Part shown: positions 1 through 9,740 of the stretch, piece by piece
How positions within the stretch are numbered: position 1 is the stretch's first letter
Layout of the letters: every line of letters begins with the position of its first letter
Source: a virus
IMG/VR virus record: IMGVR_UViG_3300046794_000311
Span: 1 to 64,000 of that record
Reading direction: 5' to 3' (one strand)
DNA length: 64,000 bases
Notes under the pieces: generated by a model
Database searches by the model: none
What the model was told of the DNA's origin: nothing
Seen by the model: only the letters and a program-made list of their open reading frames with translations
Translations under genes and position numbers: made by a program

Positions 1-19
1 CAGGCATTAAGTGACTTCC

Positions 20-3000
20 TCACTTGGTGTAGGTGATACGCAACTGCGGAGGGTGGGAATCCCCGACACCGGCGAAGTACCCGTAGTAGGTCTTGTCGGT
101 GCTGGATCCAAGATCCGCACCTAGCGTAATTCCACGATACGGGGTGGCCGCGTTCCAAGTTGAATTCCAGGACGACGGCAGGGTTACCCACTTTCCGGCA
201 CCAACGGGCCACGAGGAAACGGTGAGGTTCACTCCGGAACCACCGAAAGACGTCGGCTCGGTGGTTCCGGTGAATGCACCGATGTGCGCCGTGCCACCCC
301 CGTTGTAGTACCAGTGGTTGTTGTAGAGGTAGACCTCGACCTTGGATACCTTCGCCGTGGAACCCATGTCGGTGTAGGGCTGGGTGCCGAAGTAGACCAT
401 CGACTTCTGCGTGCCCCAGGTGCTGGAGTAGTAGCCCTGGTACACCGTGCCGTCGGTGTATCCGGCGTTTCCGTACCGTCGGGACCAGATGGCGTTGTAC
501 GTCTTGGTGTACGTCTTGGTGGCCGTCACGGCCGCACCGCCCGTGTTGTACACGCCGTTCTCGGGCAGGGCCGGGCCGATGTCCTCGACATAGAAGTCCG
601 AGGACTGCGCGGGGCTGTAGTTACGAAGGCCCCATCCGGTGGCGTTACCGGCGTGCTGCGTACCGATCCACAGGATTCGGTGGTCGCCCGGCGCCAGGGC
701 CGTGGTGCTGCTGTACAGGCCGCCTGCATCGGAGGAGCAGACGATGAGGCCCTCCACCACAGTGGTGCCGTCAGTGCCCGCGCCGTCGTAGTACATGCCG
801 AAGCAGCGGGCCATGGTCGGGTCGGTCGTCCTCGGGCTGGCGCCGGTCGGGCTCCAGATCGTGCAGCCGTTCACCGTAGTGGCCGTGGCCGCCACAGCCA
901 CGCGGTTCTCCAGGACCTGGGTGCCCGTGCCCCCGTTGAAGTCGAACTGGGAGCGGGCCACGATGCGGTACATGCGCCCCTCGACGGCCGTGAAGGCCAG
1001 CTCGATCAGGCCGGTGTCCGTGGTGTAGTACGTCGAGGCGGTCGGCTTGTTCGTCCAGCCGCGCTCGTAGGTGACCATGCCCCACGGCATGTTCCACAGG
1101 AGTTGTCCCAACTCCTGGCCCTGGTACCAGATCTGCCCGGTCGGGTCGTCGGAGGCCGCCCCAGACGGACGCTGCGGCGTCCAGAGGGAGTTGAAGGTGC
1201 CGACACCGTTGGGGTCGACGCTGGCCTTACCACCCGCGAAGGTGGCGTAGGCGTTGGAGGTCGTAAGTTCCGTGCCGAGCGTTCCGTCCGGCCCGAACAG
1301 TCGGATACCTGCGGCCGAGATGTCCGTGGCGCCGTAGCCCTCGCGCATGACGAGTACGTCGTCGATGCACAGCCAGTAGGTGGTCGTCGTGTTGAGTCCG
1401 TTGGTGGCCGGTGAGTTGTTCGTGAAGGAGACCCGACCCCACAGGGCCCCCGTCGGCGCCGTCATCTCGAAGATGTCCTCCGAGTACCCAGAGGTGTTGT
1501 TGACGGCGTAGTTGTTGACTCCGCCCATCTGGTCGGTCCAGGTGACCTTGTCCGGGCTGGTCTCGAAGGTGACCTGGATACCCCCCTGGCCGTAGTACCA
1601 GTAGCGGAACATGTACGTGGATGCGGCGACCACGGGGAACGGGTCGCTGACGATCTTGGCCCAGCCGGTGTTGAGGGCGCCGAGGGAGGCTTTGCCCTGG
1701 CCGGAGCGTGCAGGTGCAACACCTGAACCGATCTCGATCTTCGAGACGTTGTTGGCGTCGATGGAGGAGGAGGTCCACCCGGTCATGGAGGTGTCCTCGA
1801 AGCCCGGGTTGGTGACGAGGTTGCCGGAGACCGCGCCCAGCGACAGGTGTGCGGCGTTCACGTTGCCCAGGTTGATGTTGGCCGAGTTGACCTGGCCGGT
1901 CTCGACGACCTCGATGGTGAACATGTCCATCTCAAGCGTGCCCGTACCGCCGTTGTAGTTGGCGTACAGGCAGGGGCTGAGGTACTTCACGTTCTGGTGA
2001 AGACGCATCGGGTTGGTCGGGCTGGTGTTGGGTCCAGCGTCACCGGTCGCGGCCGTGCCCTTGATGTAGCCGGTGAAGATCTGCCACCCGGACCCGGTGT
2101 TGATGTAGGTGGCCCTAGTGGCGCAGTACGCCTGGCTGGCCCGCGAGTTCGAGCCGGAGATGTTGACCAGGGTCACGCCGTCAGCGCCGATGCCAGTGAC
2201 CCCGACGTAGACGTTCTGGTTGGTGCCGGTGACCGCGTTGGCGACGGTCTGCCGTACGCGGCAGGTGACGCGGTAGGTGACGCCTGGGTCGAAGGGTATG
2301 AGGAGGTCCGGGCGGTAGGCGCCCTGGATGTAGCCGACGCAGCGCATGACGGAGCCACCGGAGGCAGCGTCCGTCACTGAGACCGTGGTCATGGTGCCGG
2401 TGGATCCGTTGCTCCACTTGCTGGCGTCCGCGCCGAAGTCGTAGAACTTCTGGCCGACGGTGCCCTGGAGTCCGGCGCTGAGTTTGTCGACGGTCAGCGT
2501 GCCTGCGGTGATCTTGCTGGCGGTGAGGGAGCCGTCCACCACCAGCGCGTTGTCGACGGCCTTGCGCATCTTGACGTTGGTGACGAACCACGAACCTGCC
2601 GCAGTCGTCGGCGTCGTCTGGAGCGCGCCGACACCGAAGGTCGCCAGGTACTTCCCGGTCGGGATGGTGATCTGACCGCTGATCTTGGTCCAGGTCTGCG
2701 CTGCGGACGGTGCGACGTTGGGGACGGACGGCCAGGAGATGTTGTTGCCAGCGGCGTCCCATGTCGTGAGGAAGAACCGGAGGTTGGCGTTGCAGTCGCT
2801 GGAGGCGACGACCCACGCCTCCACGTAGTACGCCTCCCCCGGGGTTACCGCCATGCCGGTCGTCGTGGTGTTCGTGTGCTTCCACGTGAGGTCGGTGTTG
2901 ACGCTGGTCTGGTTGATGAGTTTGGCGACCCACGAAGCCGGAGCGCCCGTGGGCACGCTGGCGTCGCTGGCGGCCGTACGGACGACGTTGCCGCTCCAGT

Positions 3001-4390
3001 TCCAGGCGGTGCTGTTCTGCGTGAACTGGGGGTCCAGGAGGATGTTCGACGTATCGCCGATGACCATCTTGTCCGTCGTGATGGACCGGGCCCCGATCAC
3101 GGATGCGCTGATGATGCCGGTGGTTATCGAGCCGCCGTTGATCGTCGTTGTGGTCGGTATGGTGCCGTTGTTCAACTGGTTGGCCGGGATGCTGACGCCC
3201 GCGCCGATGGAGCCGGTGACCGTGGTCGCTGAGGACGCCGAACCTGCCGTCGTTGCGGAACCCGCCGTCGTTGCGGAACCGGCCGTGGCCGCAGAGGAGA
3301 CCTGACCGGAGACGTTCCCGCCGGAGACGACGAGGTTGGTGGCGTCGATCTGGGAGGCGGTGAGCTTGCCCACCGTGATCTTGGAGGCGTCGATGGACGC
3401 GATGACTCCGGACTCTGCGGTGATCGTCCCGGCCGCCATCTGGTTGGCGGTGACCGAGTTCGCGGCGATGTCGGCGGTACCGGCCTGATGGGCCGTTCCG
3501 GAGTTCGAGCCGGACGGGGCGGAGGCGATGGCGACCTTGGAGTACGCGACGAGCCGGTAGACGTAGGCGCTGGCGTAGTTCTGCACGGAGTCGTACAGGA
3601 AGTCCGGGCCGGGCAGGGTGCCCACGACGACCGGGTTGGGGAAGTTCACGTCGGTGTCGCGCTGCACCTGCACGTGGGAGAAGATCGCGGGCATGGGGTT
3701 GCCCTGGTAGTCCAGACCGTTCCAGGTGACGCGCAGGCCACCGAGCACGCCGACGACCCCCGGCGCGGAGGGCACCGGAGGCGGGGTGGACGCAGACGCC
3801 GTGGTGAGGTCGGCGGTCGCCCACAGGGAGGCGTTGTTGCTGGTGTCGACGGCCGCGACCCTCACGTAGAAGGCCGCGCCGGTATTAAGCCCGTCGAGGA
3901 GGACCAAGTCCTCCGTGGTGACGAAGCCGCCGCTCCAGTTGCTGTTGTCGTAGGAGGTCTGGAGCAGGTAGTGGGAGAGGTCGGTGAGGGTGGTCCCGTC
4001 CTGGTTCTCCGTCGGCGGGGTCCAGCTCGCCGTCACGCGGGCCTGCGTGGCGCCCTCGTCGGAGACGTACTGCACCGTGGTCAGGGTGAGCGCGGTCGGT
4101 TCCTTGGGCGGCAGGGAGTCCAGCTCGCTGCCGGAGGAGACCTGGTCCTGGACGGCCTTGATGCCGAGCGGGGAGTAGACCGGCTTGGTTATGTCCCCGC
4201 CGGAGAACTGCACCCATACCGTCTGCCCGATCGGCGGGATCGTGTTGGTCGGGGAAGCAGGGACGGACCAGGCGCTCTCGGCGTTTCCGAGAACCTGGGG
4301 AATGAGCAGCGTGACGCGGGCCTCATTCAGCGGGTCCTGGTTATTGGCCACGCTCGCCCGGTACATTCCCAGCACCGGATCAGCCGACAT
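20..4390 (-). CDS. Baseplate spike (gp5/VgrG OB-fold) fused to a long tail fibre/receptor-binding protein with FN3-like and carbohydrate-binding-like modules
   Basis: N-terminus YRASVANNQDPLNEARVTLLIP...PPIGQTVWVQFSGGDITKPVY matches the gp5/Phage_base_V OB-fold. It is followed by FN3-like segments (SWTPP..YLLQTS..FYVRVAAVD), ITAxKI repeats, and NILLDPQF/NLVTNPGFE CBM-like starts. Lies directly downstream of the hub gene. Confidence 0.8.
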   Translation of the reverse strand: MSADPVLGMYRASVANNQDPLNEARVTLLIPQVLGNAESAWSVPASPTNTIPPIGQTVWVQFSGGDITKPVYSPLGIKAVQDQVSSGSELDSLPPKEPTALTLTTVQYVSDEGATQARVTASWTPPTENQDGTTLTDLSHYLLQTSYDNSNWSGGFVTTEDLVLLDGLNTGAAFYVRVAAVDTSNNASLWATADLTTASASTPPPVPSAPGVVGVLGGLRVTWNGLDYQGNPMPAIFSHVQVQRDTDVNFPNPVVVGTLPGPDFLYDSVQNYASAYVYRLVAYSKVAIASAPSGSNSGTAHQAGTADIAANSVTANQMAAGTITAESGVIASIDASKITVGKLTASQIDATNLVVSGGNVSGQVSSAATAGSATTAGSATTAGSASSATTVTGSIGAGVSIPANQLNNGTIPTTTTINGGSITTGIISASVIGARSITTDKMVIGDTSNILLDPQFTQNSTAWNWSGNVVRTAASDASVPTGAPASWVAKLINQTSVNTDLTWKHTNTTTTGMAVTPGEAYYVEAWVVASSDCNANLRFFLTTWDAAGNNISWPSVPNVAPSAAQTWTKISGQITIPTGKYLATFGVGALQTTPTTAAGSWFVTNVKMRKAVDNALVVDGSLTASKITAGTLTVDKLSAGLQGTVGQKFYDFGADASKWSNGSTGTMTTVSVTDAASGGSVMRCVGYIQGAYRPDLLIPFDPGVTYRVTCRVRQTVANAVTGTNQNVYVGVTGIGADGVTLVNISGSNSRASQAYCATRATYINTGSGWQIFTGYIKGTAATGDAGPNTSPTNPMRLHQNVKYLSPCLYANYNGGTGTLEMDMFTIEVVETGQVNSANINLGNVNAAHLSLGAVSGNLVTNPGFEDTSMTGWTSSSIDANNVSKIEIGSGVAPARSGQGKASLGALNTGWAKIVSDPFPVVAASTYMFRYWYYGQGGIQVTFETSPDKVTWTDQMGGVNNYAVNNTSGYSEDIFEMTAPTGALWGRVSFTNNSPATNGLNTTTTYWLCIDDVLVMREGYGATDISAAGIRLFGPDGTLGTELTTSNAYATFAGGKASVDPNGVGTFNSLWTPQRPSGAASDDPTGQIWYQGQELGQLLWNMPWGMVTYERGWTNKPTASTYYTTDTGLIELAFTAVEGRMYRIVARSQFDFNGGTGTQVLENRVAVAATATTVNGCTIWSPTGASPRTTDPTMARCFGMYYDGAGTDGTTVVEGLIVCSSDAGGLYSSTTALAPGDHRILWIGTQHAGNATGWGLRNYSPAQSSDFYVEDIGPALPENGVYNTGGAAVTATKTYTKTYNAIWSRRYGNAGYTDGTVYQGYYSSTWGTQKSMVYFGTQPYTDMGSTAKVSKVEVYLYNNHWYYNGGGTAHIGAFTGTTEPTSFGGSGVNLTVSSWPVGAGKWVTLPSSWNSTWNAATPYRGITLGADLGSSTDKTYYGYFAGVGDSHPPQLRITYTK
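3222..3293 (-). repeat. Tandem 18-bp coding repeats (AGSATT-like, about 4 copies) in the fibre gene
   Basis: Protein SSAATAGSATTAGSATTAGSASSATT. The DNA gccgtcgttgcggaacc occurs twice in tandem. Confidence 0.7.
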
Positions 4391-5528
4391 TGATGTCCTC
4401 CAGAAGACTCGATTCCCAGAACTGCTTGTTCCTCAAGACAGCCGGGACGGTATCGAATTTGAATCGCTTGTTAGCATCGCTCCGGAATGTTACCGCGTAG
4501 GGCTGGTCCCTTTCCGCATCGACGGTCGTGGTGAACACCCACCCGGAATTGCTCTTGTCCCGGTTGATGATGTGCTTGGTTCCGGTCACCATCCACCGGC
4601 CGGTACGGTCCGAAGAAAGGGAACGCCCGGTGATAGCGACAAGCGTCCCCGGGGTAACCTTTGCCGTTCCGTACAGCGTGGCCTGCATGGTGAGCCAGCC
4701 ACGCGAGGCGAGCGTGCGGGCTTCCATAAGCGCCTGCGCGTCCGCGTAGTTGTCGACGGCCCGAGCGGTCGTTATGGAATTGAGGAATGCAGACGTCCCG
4801 GTATTCGACGCGGACGAAGCCTTGATCACCCGGCCGGTTTTCGCGTCCAGGCCGGAGATGCTGCTGGTGCCCGTTGTGCCGTTCTGGCGGGGAACCATGG
4901 TGCCCGCGAGGATCGACAACTCCCGGATGGTGTCCATAACCCCGGGCTGCTGGTTCTTGGAGAACACCGGGATGTTCTGGGCCTTCTGTCCCAGAAGGAG
5001 GACGCGCGGGTCGAGGAAGTAGAGCGTCGTCCCTTCCACCCAAAACCGGAAGCCGACTTCGTGCGCCAGGTCCTGGAGGAGTTTGAAGTCGCTCTGCCCG
5101 CTCTGCGCCCAGTAGGTGAGCCTCCGGGAGGACGGGGAGATGACGGTACGCAGCCCGTTCTGGCGGCCTACCTGGCGGACGATGGAGGTGGGGCTGACGT
5201 TCTTCCATGACCGGGTCCGCTGGATGTTCAGCGGCAGGCTGGTGCCGATGCACACGTAACGCGCGGTCACCGTCTTGGAACTGTTGCTGGCCAGGACGCT
5301 GGAGTGGTGCACGTAGCCGTACCAGCGGACGATGTCGTTGGGACTGCGGCCGTAGTCGAGCACGACAGGGGCCAGCTCGGGGTAGGCCGAGCTGGCGGCG
5401 CTGGTCGTCACGTCCACGATCGCCATGGAGTGCGTGCCGTAGCCCTCGCGGACCTCGACGCGCTTGATGTAGTTGGTTACCCGGTGGCCGGAGATGGTCA
5501 GGCCGGTGACAGGTGTCGGCTCAGGCAT
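4380..5528 (-). CDS. Baseplate hub protein (gp27/late control D-like)
   Basis: QSGQSDFKLLQDLAHEVGFRFWVEGTTLYF motif is typical of gpD/VgrG-N hubs. Lies between the LysM/tail X gene and the spike. Confidence 0.75.
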   Translation of the reverse strand: MPEPTPVTGLTISGHRVTNYIKRVEVREGYGTHSMAIVDVTTSAASSAYPELAPVVLDYGRSPNDIVRWYGYVHHSSVLASNSSKTVTARYVCIGTSLPLNIQRTRSWKNVSPTSIVRQVGRQNGLRTVISPSSRRLTYWAQSGQSDFKLLQDLAHEVGFRFWVEGTTLYFLDPRVLLLGQKAQNIPVFSKNQQPGVMDTIRELSILAGTMVPRQNGTTGTSSISGLDAKTGRVIKASSASNTGTSAFLNSITTARAVDNYADAQALMEARTLASRGWLTMQATLYGTAKVTPGTLVAITGRSLSSDRTGRWMVTGTKHIINRDKSNSGWVFTTTVDAERDQPYAVTFRSDANKRFKFDTVPAVLRNKQFWESSLLEDINVG

Positions 5529-5793
5529 TCGGGATCCTGATGATCTGTCCCGGGGTAAGGACGGTCCAGTCCATGACCTCGGGGTTGGCGTCGGCGATGT
5601 TCCACCACATCCGTGCGTCGCCGAAGTACTGCACGGCGAGCAGGTCGATCCGGTCGGCGCCGGTCAACTGGTGGTAGGTGAAGTTGAACGACCACTCGCG
5701 CTGCTGGCCGGGCACGATGGTGAGGTTCGTGCCGCGCCCGGAGGCAACCAGAGTGAGGGTCGAGTCTGCGTAGCGGGAGTCAGCGGAGATCAT
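5521..5793 (-). CDS. Baseplate LysM/tail-X-like protein
   Basis: DRIDLLAVQYFGDARMWWNIADANP...PGQIIRIP is a classic gpX/LysM pattern. Confidence 0.8.
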   Translation of the reverse strand: MISADSRYADSTLTLVASGRGTNLTIVPGQQREWSFNFTYHQLTGADRIDLLAVQYFGDARMWWNIADANPEVMDWTVLTPGQIIRIPNA

Positions 5794-6548
5794 CGTCCAC
5801 CCTTTCCGTTTGCCCCTTTAGCGAAGTCGTCCGGGGTCATTCCTGCGGGGAGCCTTCCGAAGGACACGAATTCCCCGCCGCCCTTCGGCTTCGGAAGCAA
5901 CTGCATGGTGATGGACACCTGACAGCGGGACGGGATCATCTGCTGGTTCCAGTGGGTGTACTGGATTTCGAGATCCTGGATGACCCCGTAGTAGTTCAGG
6001 GTGTCGCCGACGACGAGGTAGACCGGGACGTACAGCATGGGACCGGCCGCGTCGAAACTGAACTGCCCCTTTCGGAACGACTTCGAGGAGTCGCCCGTGG
6101 CGTCTGCACCCTCGCCGGTTACGTCTACGGATGCGGAGATACCAGTGATCTTGTAGAGCATGGAAATGTCCCAACCCACGCCGAGAGCAGGTACGAATAT
6201 GTTCTCGGCGCCGGACACCCGGGAGGAGTCCCACATCTCGTAGGTCCGGTCGAAAAGCAGGTTGAACTGGACCGTCTGCTGCAACGGCATAAGGAAGTCC
6301 TTTGCCGTCACGTCGTTCGGGTTGAGCGCATTGTCGTCCGCCTGGACCGCTGAATTCACGGAGTGCGAGACATTCAGGACGCTCGGGTTGTACAGGAAAT
6401 TGCACCGGTAGCGCACGCCGTCTACCGGCTTCTCCTGAATGATGAAGCCCCGGCTCAACTTCTTACCCCCGCCAACGAGTGACTGAAGGCCGGGGAGTTT
6501 CGTTATGCGGGGGTCGAAAGAGCCATTGTCCTGGATCCGCGTAGCCAT
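5790..6548 (-). CDS. Tail tube initiator/baseplate-associated protein
   Basis: FLYNPS...FNLLFDRT...GVIQDLEIQYTHWNQQMIPSRCQVSITM resembles contractile-system tube initiators. Follows the tape measure gene. Confidence 0.65.
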   Translation of the reverse strand: MATRIQDNGSFDPRITKLPGLQSLVGGGKKLSRGFIIQEKPVDGVRYRCNFLYNPSVLNVSHSVNSAVQADDNALNPNDVTAKDFLMPLQQTVQFNLLFDRTYEMWDSSRVSGAENIFVPALGVGWDISMLYKITGISASVDVTGEGADATGDSSKSFRKGQFSFDAAGPMLYVPVYLVVGDTLNYYGVIQDLEIQYTHWNQQMIPSRCQVSITMQLLPKPKGGGEFVSFGRLPAGMTPDDFAKGANGKGGR

Positions 6549-9500
6549 TAGTTTCCTGCCGCGATGAGGTTGATTCGGTTGTCCTCGGCGATGGCCTGTA
6601 TGAACTGCTGGGCAGCATCCCGGGCCGCGCGCTGGTCCATGACGCCCTGCACCTGCACGGTGATCGCACCGGAGTGGAAGTTCAGGGTGGGCGTGGCGCC
6701 CTTGGTATTAAGCCCGCCGACGGAGGACATGGCGTTGTTCCCGGCCAGGACCTTGCGCATGGCGTCTGCCTGGTAGGCCGGGATGATCATCTCGCCTGCG
6801 TGGACGCGTGCCGTCTGGTCTACGTCGATGTTCGTCGAGCCGACCGCGTAGCCCTTGTACTTGCCGCCGTTGGCCATGGACTTGATGCCCGGCGCGTTGG
6901 CCAGCGTGTGGTATCGCGACTCCTCGTAGCGCACGCCCGCGATGATGTTGTCGACGGGGTTCCAGATGTCCTTGTGGCCCTTGATCGAGTACGCGTTGAA
7001 CGTCGAGTCGATCGTCTGCATGATGCCCTTGGACGGGTGACCCGCCCTGGCGTTTGAGTCGGTGCGGTTGATCGCGTGAGGGTTACCCGACGACTCGTGC
7101 TGGATCATCGTGTTGACGATGGACTCGTTCTGCTTGGTGTCCTGGTGCAGGATCCCGAGCGCCGTCTTGATCCACTTCTTGACGTTGCCGGACGGCATGT
7201 TGGTCGGGACCGCGTCGTTGGAGACGTCGTCCTTCGAGTCCTTGCTGCCCGCGTCGGAGCCGATACCCGCGCCGGTCGAGGTGATGCCGGACGCGATGGC
7301 GTCCGCCTCCTCGATCGAGCCGTACGAGCCGACGTCACCGCCGAAGCCCATGGTGGACAGGCGGTTGGAGTCCGAACCGGCCGTCTCCTCGGTGTCGCTG
7401 GACGGGTCTCCGAGGTTGCCGACGGAACCGAGGACCCGCACAGCGTTGGTGAACTCGCTCGGCCGGAAGGACCGGACGCGGACCACGGCTCCCGTGTGCG
7501 GCGCCTCAATGATCTTGCCGCCGCCGATGCACATCACGACGTGGTGTGCCGGGTTGCCGTTGAAGAGCAGGTCTCCCGCGCGCACGTCACTGAGGTTGAC
7601 CTTCTTGCCCGCCCGCTGCTGCTGCGCGGCCGTACGGGGCAGGGACACCCCGATCTGCCGGAACGAATACTGGATCAGGCCGGAGCAGTCGAAGCCCTTC
7701 GGAGTGCTGCCACCCCAGACGTACTTCACGCCCAGGTACCTCATGGCGACCTTGATAACGGCAGCAGCAGTCTTGCCCGCGCCCTGCGTACCTGTGGCCT
7801 TCGCGCCGGACGTCTTGCTACCCGTGGCGGAAGCCGCACCGCCCGAGCCACCAGCACCACCGAAGAAGTTGCTGACGATGCCCGTGCCCGCGCCGATCAC
7901 ACCACCGACCGCTGCACCGATACCGGTACCGATGACCGGGACGACGGAGCCGATGGCCGCACCCGTCAGGGCGCCCGCTCCGGCGTCGACAGCGACGTGG
8001 CCCCACTTGTTGCCAGTCGAGCCCTTCTTGCTGACGTGGTCGACGACCTTCGAGCCGAAGTGGTGTGTGAGGTAGGCGCCGATACCGAAACCGCCAGCAG
8101 CGCCCAGAGCGGCCCCAGACAGGTCCAGGGCACCTCCCAGAGCACCGAAGCCCGCAGCCTCTCCCGTACCGCCACCCAGGGCCGCCCGAGCAGCACCGAG
8201 CAGACCACCGCCTCCGCTTCCGCCCATACCGGCCAGGCGTCCCACCGAGGCGAGACCGCGCATGGTGCCGTAGGCGCCGATGCCGGAGCCGATGCTGGAG
8301 CCCAGCAGGGAGCCAGCACCGCCGGTGAATCCCAGGACGGAGTCCGCGCCGGTCGACTTGAGGACGCCCTGGAGCGCGGTGGAGAACATGTCCAGGTACT
8401 TCGTCGCGGTCTGGAGACCGGACGTGAAGGCATCGTTGGTGTTGACTTCCTGGTTCCGCAGGGTGCCCGCGCGGGTCATCAGGGTGTTGGCGGTCGACCC
8501 GCCGATGCCCATCTTTCCGAGCGCGCTCTGGGCGGAGTTCTTCTTCTCCTGCGTGGATCCGCTGTCGCGCTGGTTGGCGAGGCTGACGTACGTCTGCGCA
8601 GAACCACCGTGGATCTGCGCGAGCATCATGCCCTTGAGTTCACCCTTGACCAGTTGCAGGGTGTTCTGGTCCAGGCCCCAGGAGTTCAGCGACTGGTTCA
8701 GGCCGGAGCCCGGGTCGTCGAGGGTTGCCGACAACTGCGCGTTCGTCTTGACCCGCTTGAGTTCCGGGAACCGCTGGTAGATCTGCTGGGCGATCTGTCG
8801 AGGGCTCTGCTTCGTGCCGTTCTTGATCGTCTGGATGCCCATGCCGCGCAGCGTGTTGTACGTCGTAGCGCTCCACGCTGCGGCCGTACCCTGCGCACGC
8901 TGCGCCTCGGACATGCCCGGGTTCAGGTATCCCGAGGTGCCCTTGACGTAGTTCCAGTTCGTGTTGAAGTTCGCAGAGCCGGGCGACAGGCCCATCTGCG
9001 ACATCGTGGCGTAGGCCGACGCCGCGTCCTGGGTGGACTGGGCGGTGAAGTTGTTCTTGAAGGCCGCGTCACGCAGCGTGTGCCAGGACTGGGACGAGTA
9101 CTGCGCCGCCTGGTAGGCGGTCGTCTGCATGTCGACCTGGTCGGGCAACTGCTTCTGGCCCCACGCGACGACGCCCTGGAGACCGCTCTTGAGGGTGTAG
9201 CGGCTCTTCTGGCCGCCGTTGTTTCCCGAGCCACCACCCAGACGGGGGGTGTTCGTGCCACCGGAGCCACCAGAACCGCCGGAGCCACCGTTGTTGGACG
9301 CACCGCCACCCTGCGAGCCGTTGTTGGAGAAGCGGACGGCGCCCCCGTTACCGACAGAGCCGACGTTACGGGCGTAGTTGCTGGTGCCGTTCCATACGTC
9401 TCCCAGCGCCATGCCCACGCCCCGGGAACGGGACATCTGCCCGACTCCGGTGTTTACGCCCTTGAGACCCTTGTTCAGGTCGTTGATGGTACGCGTCAGG

Positions 9501-9571
9501 GCAGAGATCGCGTCCTGGGCCTTATTCCACCCCAGGAGCGTTCCCTGCCCCGCCACAGTGCTCTCAGCCAT
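6548..9571 (-). CDS. Tape measure protein with NlpC/P60 endopeptidase and SLT lytic transglycosylase domains
   Basis: Gly/Ala-rich helical body. YVWGGSTPKGFDCSGL...HHVVM is NlpC/P60. IQHESSGNPHAINRTDSNA..GHPSKGIMQTI is SLT. The ATG at 9571 overlaps the upstream stop. Confidence 0.85.
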   Translation of the reverse strand: MAESTVAGQGTLLGWNKAQDAISALTRTINDLNKGLKGVNTGVGQMSRSRGVGMALGDVWNGTSNYARNVGSVGNGGAVRFSNNGSQGGGASNNGGSGGSGGSGGTNTPRLGGGSGNNGGQKSRYTLKSGLQGVVAWGQKQLPDQVDMQTTAYQAAQYSSQSWHTLRDAAFKNNFTAQSTQDAASAYATMSQMGLSPGSANFNTNWNYVKGTSGYLNPGMSEAQRAQGTAAAWSATTYNTLRGMGIQTIKNGTKQSPRQIAQQIYQRFPELKRVKTNAQLSATLDDPGSGLNQSLNSWGLDQNTLQLVKGELKGMMLAQIHGGSAQTYVSLANQRDSGSTQEKKNSAQSALGKMGIGGSTANTLMTRAGTLRNQEVNTNDAFTSGLQTATKYLDMFSTALQGVLKSTGADSVLGFTGGAGSLLGSSIGSGIGAYGTMRGLASVGRLAGMGGSGGGGLLGAARAALGGGTGEAAGFGALGGALDLSGAALGAAGGFGIGAYLTHHFGSKVVDHVSKKGSTGNKWGHVAVDAGAGALTGAAIGSVVPVIGTGIGAAVGGVIGAGTGIVSNFFGGAGGSGGAASATGSKTSGAKATGTQGAGKTAAAVIKVAMRYLGVKYVWGGSTPKGFDCSGLIQYSFRQIGVSLPRTAAQQQRAGKKVNLSDVRAGDLLFNGNPAHHVVMCIGGGKIIEAPHTGAVVRVRSFRPSEFTNAVRVLGSVGNLGDPSSDTEETAGSDSNRLSTMGFGGDVGSYGSIEEADAIASGITSTGAGIGSDAGSKDSKDDVSNDAVPTNMPSGNVKKWIKTALGILHQDTKQNESIVNTMIQHESSGNPHAINRTDSNARAGHPSKGIMQTIDSTFNAYSIKGHKDIWNPVDNIIAGVRYEESRYHTLANAPGIKSMANGGKYKGYAVGSTNIDVDQTARVHAGEMIIPAYQADAMRKVLAGNNAMSSVGGLNTKGATPTLNFHSGAITVQVQGVMDQRAARDAAQQFIQAIAEDNRINLIAAGN

Positions 9572-9740
9572 TCTCTGCCTCAGCAATTCGCCTATGTCGC
9601 TGCGCCCTGAACCACTTCACCCAGTGAAGACGCTCGCGCACGGTCAACCGGCGAATCTCGCTGAGGCTCCACGCCGGACTTAGTTCGACTAGTTGCTCGT
9701 ATTCGAAGTACGTGTCGTGGTAGTTACAGGCCCTGAAACA
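9564..9740 (-). CDS. Tail assembly chaperone C-terminal extension (probable frameshift product)
   Basis: Open frame +1 relative to the end of 9724..10587, with no usable start codon of its own. WSLSEIRRLTVRER resembles gpGT-like extensions. Ends at the tape measure start. Confidence 0.6.
   Translation of the reverse strand, partial: CFRACNYHDTYFEYEQLVELSPAWSLSEIRRLTVRERLHWVKWFRAQRHRRIAEAENG

Noticed and set aside
7076-9610. Long plus-strand ORFs antisense to real genes (also 284..1414, 23793..24956, 42780..44750, 56360..58222)
   Set aside because: These are shadow ORFs caused by high GC3 on the coding strand. They have no RBS or domain motifs.
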